A stretch of DNA of 64,000 bases from an uncultured Planctomycetaceae bacterium. GTDB lineage: Bacteria > Planctomycetota > Planctomycetia > Planctomycetales > Planctomycetaceae. The notes beneath the pieces were generated by a model. It was not told where the DNA came from. It did no database searches and was given only the letters and a program-made list of their open reading frames with translations. The position numbers were made by a program, and so were the translations under genes. Below, in pieces: positions 58,660-64,000 of this stretch. Positions within the stretch are counted from its first letter, which is position 1; each line of letters opens with the position of its first letter. Location: positions 288,001 to 352,000 of the forward strand of contig CAWFGE010000023.1 in assembly GCA_963815195.1 (NCBI GenBank), written 5' to 3'.

Positions 58660-58998
58660 GGTGGAGAATCCTCAATCGACGGGCAAAAACGGTGAGGTTG
58701 CGGTTCGCCCCTTCAGAATACGGAAATTCGCCGCGAATTGCCAAAGCTCCGGGGAGCGGGAATCCGATTTTTACCAATCCCCACCGACCGGCCGCGTCGT
58801 CCATGGATTCCCAATCATGCAAAACCTTGCAGAGCTATCATGGCGTGCAAATTGTTGCGCAATCCATAAGTCAACTTGATCCGTCCCATCGGCAGCGTCT
58901 AGGATGAGGTGGGCCAATTCTGAATTTTGCATTAAGACCTGCCTGAAAAAACCTGCCTCTTTCCGACCTTTTTTGGAGATTTTCCGAGGAGAACTGCG

Positions 58999-60019
58999 AT
59001 GTCCGTCCGTATTTCCCGCGCTCGCCGAGCGTTTACGTTGATTGAACTTTTGGTGGTGATCGCCATTATCGCCATTTTGATCGCGCTACTGCTGCCCGCC
59101 GTTCAGCAAGCCCGCGAAGCCGCCCGGCGGTCGACTTGCAAAAACAACCTCAAGCAGTTGGGCCTTGCACTTCACAATTATCACGACATCTACAAGATGT
59201 TCCCGGCCCGGCAAGGCGGCAGTGGAACCAAAAACAGTGGCGGCCTTCGCACCCGCATGAGCGCCCATGTGGCTTTGTGCCCCCAAATGGATCAGACCCC
59301 GCTTTACAAGCAAATCCAGAGCGCCAACAACGCCCCTTGGTCGAACAGACTCATGGTGGAACACGACCGTTCCCGCTCTGGTTTGCCCGTCCGATTCGGG
59401 CACCACTCCGCCCGCCGGTTCGGGACCGCATGGGCTTTCCAGTTACGCCTACTCGGCCGGTGACAGTTTGGCGGGCAGCAACACGTCCAGCGGCCCGATC
59501 CGCACGCGGGGCTTGTTCGGGGCGATGGTGTGTTACGCCATCCGAGACTGCACCGACGGAGCCAGTAACACCTTGATGATGGCCGAACGAATCAAGCCCG
59601 CCGGCACGACCAAATTGGGAATGGTCTCGACGATGGGCACCAATCCGCCGTCCACCTGCTTCGCGGCCTACATCAATCAGACGCTCCAATCTCCCTACAC
59701 GAGCGACACCTCGCCCGGCTATCGCTGGGGGGACGGGGCGGCTTACTTCGCCGCCGTGACCACCATCTTGCCGCCCAACTCCGCCTCCTGCGGCGGCGAC
59801 CATTGGACGGCGGGCATTTTCTCCGCCTCGAGCCTGCACACGGGCGGTGCGCAGGCCTTGTTCGGCGATGGATCGGTGAAGTTCATCAGCGAAAACATCA
59901 ACGCCGGAAACAGGGGAGCCACCATCCCCTCGGCCACGTCGGGCGGACAATCGCCCTACGGCGTTTGGGGAGCGTTGGGAACCCGCAACGGGGGCGAAGC
60001 CATCAGCAACAACTTCTAA
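58999..60019 (+). CDS. DUF1559 prepilin-type protein (frameshift near 59345)
   Basis: [14 protein letters not shown]...[36 protein letters not shown]9-DG motif [12 protein letters not shown]. Confidence 0.92.
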
Positions 60020-60050
60020 TATGGCATAAAGCCTCTAAACAGTTTTCGCT

Positions 60051-60087
60051 CAAACCGTCCGCGCTGCCGCTCCGCCCGGACGGTTTG
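60051..60087. terminator. Hairpin between convergent genes, probable terminator
   Basis: CAAACCGTCCG / CGGACGGTTTG 11-bp stem about 30 nt after the DUF1559 stop. Confidence 0.6.
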
Positions 60088-60107
60088 TTGTTCCGCTCCT
60101 GTCGAAA

Positions 60108-60151
60108 AAATCCGAAATCCGAAATCCGAAGCCGATTTCGTGCTTCGGATT
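60108..60151. repeat. Heptamer repeat remnant, family C
   Basis: (AAATCCG)x3 followed by GATTTCGTGCTTCGGATT. Confidence 0.7.
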
Positions 60152-60158
60152 GACATTC

Positions 60159-60509
60159 CTATCGACCGATTTCGTAAATGTCCCAAGGCGTTGCCGTGTT
60201 GGAAATCACAAGCCCGGACGGGTGCCCCGCCGAGAGGAAAAACGGCTCGCGGATTTCCGTTTGCGAGGGGTGCACATAATGCGTGATCGTCGGCACCAAG
60301 GGCACAAACACCTGGCTGACCCGCGTGGACCACATTTCGTTCGCGGGGAACTGCTCCGCCAATTCCCGGTCCCGGCAGGCCATCTCCTCCAGGATCACCG
60401 GATGCCAGGACGCGTCGCGATCTTCCGGTGCACGGTAGTTTTCCCGGGCCCAACAGCGGTAGGAGAATTCGTCGATCAAATCGATCGGGGGAAAGGACAC
60501 GGCGGGCAT
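60159..60509 (-). CDS. Hypothetical protein
   Basis: Start MPAVSF after AAGGA; RCWARENY...WHPVILEEM. Confidence 0.65.
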   Translation of the reverse strand: MPAVSFPPIDLIDEFSYRCWARENYRAPEDRDASWHPVILEEMACRDRELAEQFPANEMWSTRVSQVFVPLVPTITHYVHPSQTEIREPFFLSAGHPSGLVISNTATPWDIYEIGR

Positions 60510-60563
60510 GGGCAATTCCTTTCTGGGTCGCAGAGGTCCTGCGATGTGGAGCGCGAATGAGGA

Positions 60564-60695
60564 CTGCGGGCGGCGTGGGAACATCAAACGGGACAACTCG
60601 GCCGGCTGGAATTCCAATATCGGCGCAATCTCCGCGTGAATTCACCAGTCGCCGCCGGTTTCCCATCAATTCCAGCCGGCCGGCGCCGCCCACAG
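60564..60695 (-). ncRNA. Candidate structured RNA / leader element
   Basis: Nested 12-bp, perfect 15-bp and 5-bp stems. The strand is inferred from the flanking genes and a G-U pair. Confidence 0.35.
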
Positions 60696-60725
60696 CGCGC
60701 GATTGCACCAATCGGGAAAACCGCG

Positions 60726-61526
60726 TCAACCGGCTTTTCGGTCGCGCTTCAGCAGGGCCGCCATATGGTAGCCCAACGCGATCGAAAGCGGCTCGGTTGC
60801 GGGATTCGGCCGGCGGACCTCCAGGCGGACCCCATACGGATGCTGAGCGGCCACTTTCCATTCGATCTCGGGATGATCGAGCACTTCGCATTCGATCTCC
60901 GGCACCCTGAGCATCGGCGGGCAAATGGAAAGATGCACGGCTGCGGTTTGCTGGCCCGCGGCGAATTCCACGGCGGACTGGCCCTCGATCGCGTCCCAGC
61001 GATCGCCCTCGTCCGCCAGCACTCGGCGGGTCATCCACTGCGTCAGATCCGGATCGGTTCCCATAGGCACCGAAAATGCCGCGCCCTCTTCCATCGTCTC
61101 GCGCGAATCGCCTGGAGTTTCCGCGCCCTGCCGGCCCAACAGCTCGACGCAAATCGTCAACCCGATGCCCCATGCCGTCACCCAGGCGATGCCCCAACTG
61201 GACGATGCCGGCGAAATCGCGATCCCCAACAAGGTCGGCGGAAGCACGGTGAGCGCCGCGATGGAAAGGTGCTCTCGCCGCGACGAAAAACCAGCGCGGA
61301 ACAAGCGATGACATCCGAGCGCCGCCAGGCTCGCCAAGGCGGCGAGCATCGTTCCCAAGCCGGCCGCGAGCGCGGACATCTCCTGATGAAAGGCCCCCGC
61401 CGACCCGCGGACCGCGAACACCGCCGCGACAAACGCCAAACCGCCCCACAGGACGTAGGCGACCCGCTCGAACGGGACCCATGCCACGCGGGGCAGTTGA
61501 AACTTGATGATTCCGAACATGTCCAT
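60726..61526 (-). CDS. Hypothetical membrane protein
   Basis: Four hydrophobic segments and a soluble C-terminal domain; downstream of metK. Confidence 0.7.
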   Translation of the reverse strand: MDMFGIIKFQLPRVAWVPFERVAYVLWGGLAFVAAVFAVRGSAGAFHQEMSALAAGLGTMLAALASLAALGCHRLFRAGFSSRREHLSIAALTVLPPTLLGIAISPASSSWGIAWVTAWGIGLTICVELLGRQGAETPGDSRETMEEGAAFSVPMGTDPDLTQWMTRRVLADEGDRWDAIEGQSAVEFAAGQQTAAVHLSICPPMLRVPEIECEVLDHPEIEWKVAAQHPYGVRLEVRRPNPATEPLSIALGYHMAALLKRDRKAG

Positions 61527-61565
61527 TATTCCCTTAATGGAAATTCGAAAACCGCAGGCTCGCGG

Positions 61566-62747
61566 CTAACCGCTCACCACAAACTGCGGCTTGGGCATTT
61601 CATTGCCGAGGCCCGCGGCATCGCGAAGCTCGGGGGCTTTGTTGGTTTTTTCCCAGGAGAAGTCGGGATCGTTCCGGCCGAAGTGCCCGCCCGCCGCGGT
61701 CTTGCGGAAGATCGGACGCCGGAGTTCGAGATATTTGATGATTCCGGAAGGCGTGAGCGGGAACAGTTCGCGGACGAGCGCTTCGATGCGGGTCTCTTCG
61801 ACCTTCGCCGTGCCGTTCGTTTGCACGTGCACGCTCACGGGTTCCGCCACGCCGATGGCATACGCGAGTTGCACTTCGCATTCGTCGGCGAGCCCGGCCG
61901 CGACGATGTTCTTGGCGATGTGCCGGGCCATGTACGCCGCGGAGCGGTCCACTTTGGTCGAATCCTTCCCGCTGAAGGCTCCGCCGCCGTGCCGGCCCCA
62001 ACCGCCGTAGGTGTCCACAATGATCTTCCGCCCGGTGAGACCCGTGTCGCCGTGCGGTCCGCCGATCACGAATTTCCCGGTCGGATTGATGTGATACTTC
62101 GCGGCGGCGGAGAGGAGGTTTTCGGGAATCGACTTCCGTACCACCTCTTCTTTGACGAACTCGTGGATCTCCTCTTGCGTTACCTTGGCATCATGCTGCG
62201 TCGAAACCACCACCGCGGACACGTCCAGCGGAGTCCGGCCGTCGTAGTTGACCGTCACCTGGCTCTTGCTGTCGGGACGCAGCCAATTGACGACATTTTG
62301 TTGCCGGACTTCCGTAAGCCGGTTGATAATGCGATGCGAAAGCGCGATCGGCACCGGCATGTATTCTTCGGTCTGATTGCAGGCGTAACCGAACATCAAC
62401 CCCTGGTCGCCGGCCCCGTCCTGATCCACGCCGAGCGCGATGTCCGCGCTTTGGCTGTGGAGCGCGAGGAAAATCCGGCAGCTATCGGCATCGAAGCCGA
62501 TGTCGTCGCTCACATAGCCGATGTCCCGCACGACCTCGCGCACAATTTTCTCGTGGTCGATTTTGGCCTTTGTCCGCACCTCGCCTGAAAGAACCACCAG
62601 ATCCGTGGTGCAAAGCGTTTCGCAGGCCACCCGCGATTGGGGGTCTTGGGCCAACAGGGCGTCCAGAATCCCGTCGGACACCTGATCGGACACCTTGTCC
62701 GGGTGGCCCATGCTGACGGATTCACTGGTAAAGGCATAAACTGACAT
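61566..62747 (-). CDS. metK: S-adenosylmethionine synthetase
   Basis: [33 protein letters not shown] and GGGAFSGKD. Confidence 0.98.
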   Translation of the reverse strand: MSVYAFTSESVSMGHPDKVSDQVSDGILDALLAQDPQSRVACETLCTTDLVVLSGEVRTKAKIDHEKIVREVVRDIGYVSDDIGFDADSCRIFLALHSQSADIALGVDQDGAGDQGLMFGYACNQTEEYMPVPIALSHRIINRLTEVRQQNVVNWLRPDSKSQVTVNYDGRTPLDVSAVVVSTQHDAKVTQEEIHEFVKEEVVRKSIPENLLSAAAKYHINPTGKFVIGGPHGDTGLTGRKIIVDTYGGWGRHGGGAFSGKDSTKVDRSAAYMARHIAKNIVAAGLADECEVQLAYAIGVAEPVSVHVQTNGTAKVEETRIEALVRELFPLTPSGIIKYLELRRPIFRKTAAGGHFGRNDPDFSWEKTNKAPELRDAAGLGNEMPKPQFVVSG

Positions 62748-62804
62748 CGAAACTTCAACCGTTCTTCTAAAGTGAGTAGGACTTTATTCGATAACTCACG
62801 GAAG

Positions 62805-62833
62805 ATTGTAGTGGTTCCCCCCATTTGGAACAA
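62805..62833 (-). promoter_or_regulatory. Possible sigma70 promoter of metK
   Basis: Minus-strand TTGTTC-N17-TACAAT about 58 nt upstream of the ATG. Confidence 0.35.
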
Positions 62834-62868
62834 CCGAAGTCCCAAAGAGCAGGGTGGCCTCGGGACCA

Positions 62869-64000
62869 TCACGCGGCGGGGCGCTGGGACCGGGCTTCTT
62901 CCGGCTTTTGCAGAGTTTCCAGCAATTGGACCGTTCGTGCCGTGGCTCCTTGCTGCGAGAGGACCAAACGCTGCGCACGCCGACCGTAACCGGCCGCCTC
63001 TTCTGGATGAGCCAACCACTGTCGGACCAACTCCGTCAATTCCCCGGAATCCGCCACCACCTTCGCCGCATTCTGGCCGAGCAACATCGCCACAACATCG
63101 CGGAAGTTGCGGGTGTTCGGCCCAAAACACACGCCCGCCCCATAAGCCGCCGGCTCCAACATGTTTTGCCCGCCGCGGTTCGTCAAACTCCCGCCGACAA
63201 ACGCAATCTCCGCCAGCCCCCAACACGCGGACAACTCGCCCAACGTATCCAACAACAAAACGGGTTTTAGCTCAGGCGAGCGGGGGGCGTCAGCCCCCTG
63301 GTTCCGGTGATTCCAAAAATACTTTAAGCAAACAGTGTGACCAGGGGGCTGACGCCCCCCGCTCGCCTGCTGCAAAGACCGCCGGAGCAGCGGAAAACCG
63401 CGTTGTTCAACCAGCCGGGCGACTTCTTCAAATCGTTCCTGATGCCGGGGGACCAGGATCAACCGCAGGTCCGGAAAGTCTTGCCGGAGGGATTGATAGG
63501 TTTCCAAGGCATAAGCTTCTTCAGGATGCTGCGTGCTGCCGGCGATGAAAACGCGGTCCTCTTCACCTAACCCAAAACACTGCCGGAGTTCCTGCGTCTG
63601 GGAATTCCCGCGGCCCTTGCGGACACCGTCGAATTTGATGGAACCGGTGACGTGAACCCGCGCCGGCGGCCCCGAGTTCCTTGAGCCTCTCGGCATAGGT
63701 TTCACTCTGCACCGCGAGCAGCTCAAACCGCCGCAGCAGATTTCGCATGAGGAACCCGATCCGCCGATAACCCCGGAAACTGTTCTCGCTGATCCGCCCA
63801 TTGATCAGGGCGAGCGGAATCTCGGCCTCGCTCGCGGCCCGGATGAAGTTGGGCCAGAGCTCGAGTTCCACCAGCACAATCGCCGACGGCCGCACGCGGC
63901 GAATCGCGCTTCGCACCGCCCAGGAAAAATCCAGCGGGAAAAACGAGACGTGCTGCTGGGGAAATTTTTCGCGGGCCACCGCCAAGCCGGTGTGGGTCGT
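62869..64000 (-). CDS. waaA: Kdo transferase WaaA/KdtA (5' end outside the window; frameshift near 63670)
   Basis: FFPLDF, ELELWPN, INGRIS, TGSIKFD, AGST, VPRHQERF, DTLGEL, FVGGSL and GGQNMLEPA. Confidence 0.93.
63273..63369. repeat. Perfect 30-bp inverted repeat (REP doublet-like) inside waaA
   Basis: CAGGCGAGCGGGGGGCGTCAGCCCCCTGGT at 63273-63302 and its exact reverse complement at 63340-63369. Confidence 0.92.

Noticed and set aside
58841..58855. Sigma54 promoters (TGGCGTGCAAATTGT here; TGGCACGAATGTTCC near 21784)
   Set aside because: Both lack the conserved GC at -12.
62748..62868. SAM riboswitch in the metK leader
   Set aside because: Only a 6-bp hairpin (62772-62777 with 62794-62799) is visible, and no SAM riboswitch consensus is recognisable.

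Overview
GC-rich bacterial chromosome segment, most likely from a planctomycete (inferred from a PVM-type microcompartment locus, a YTV-repeat protein and a DUF1559 prepilin protein). From left to right it contains: (1) FHA and TadC-like genes, tsaB and a Cys-rich YTV protein; (2) a ~10.7 kb minus-strand microcompartment operon of the fucose/rhamnose PVM type (DeoR regulator, PduL, 2 BMC-H, acetate kinase, 3 BMC-P, aldehyde dehydrogenase, class II aldolase, LDH/MDH-like enzyme) with an extra aldolase-like gene at its end; (3) a deoxyhypusine-synthase-like gene, aroH, a Ser/Thr kinase, a metallophosphoesterase and a sulfatase-DUF1080 fusion; (4) a TPR/SLOG-like/class III nucleotide cyclase with atypical specificity residues; (5) two tandem secreted Hint-domain paralogues ending in His-Asp; (6) an ~18 kb type IV pilus/T2SS-like locus with an embedded c-di-GMP and phosphorelay circuit (GGDEF, HD-GYP, MshEN ATPase, STAS, kinase, receiver, Arg-rich microprotein) and a carbohydrate-binding minor pilin; (7) housekeeping genes (RluA family, hybrid PAS kinase, dprA, aroB, RidA, metK, waaA). 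Several REP-like palindrome families occur, one inside the waaA reading frame. A candidate structured RNA lies at 60564-60695. About 15 single-base frameshifts, most within 34-51 kb, are probably long-read consensus errors. I recognised no rRNA, tRNA, CRISPR array or transposase. All protein calls come from motif recognition by eye, not from database searches.
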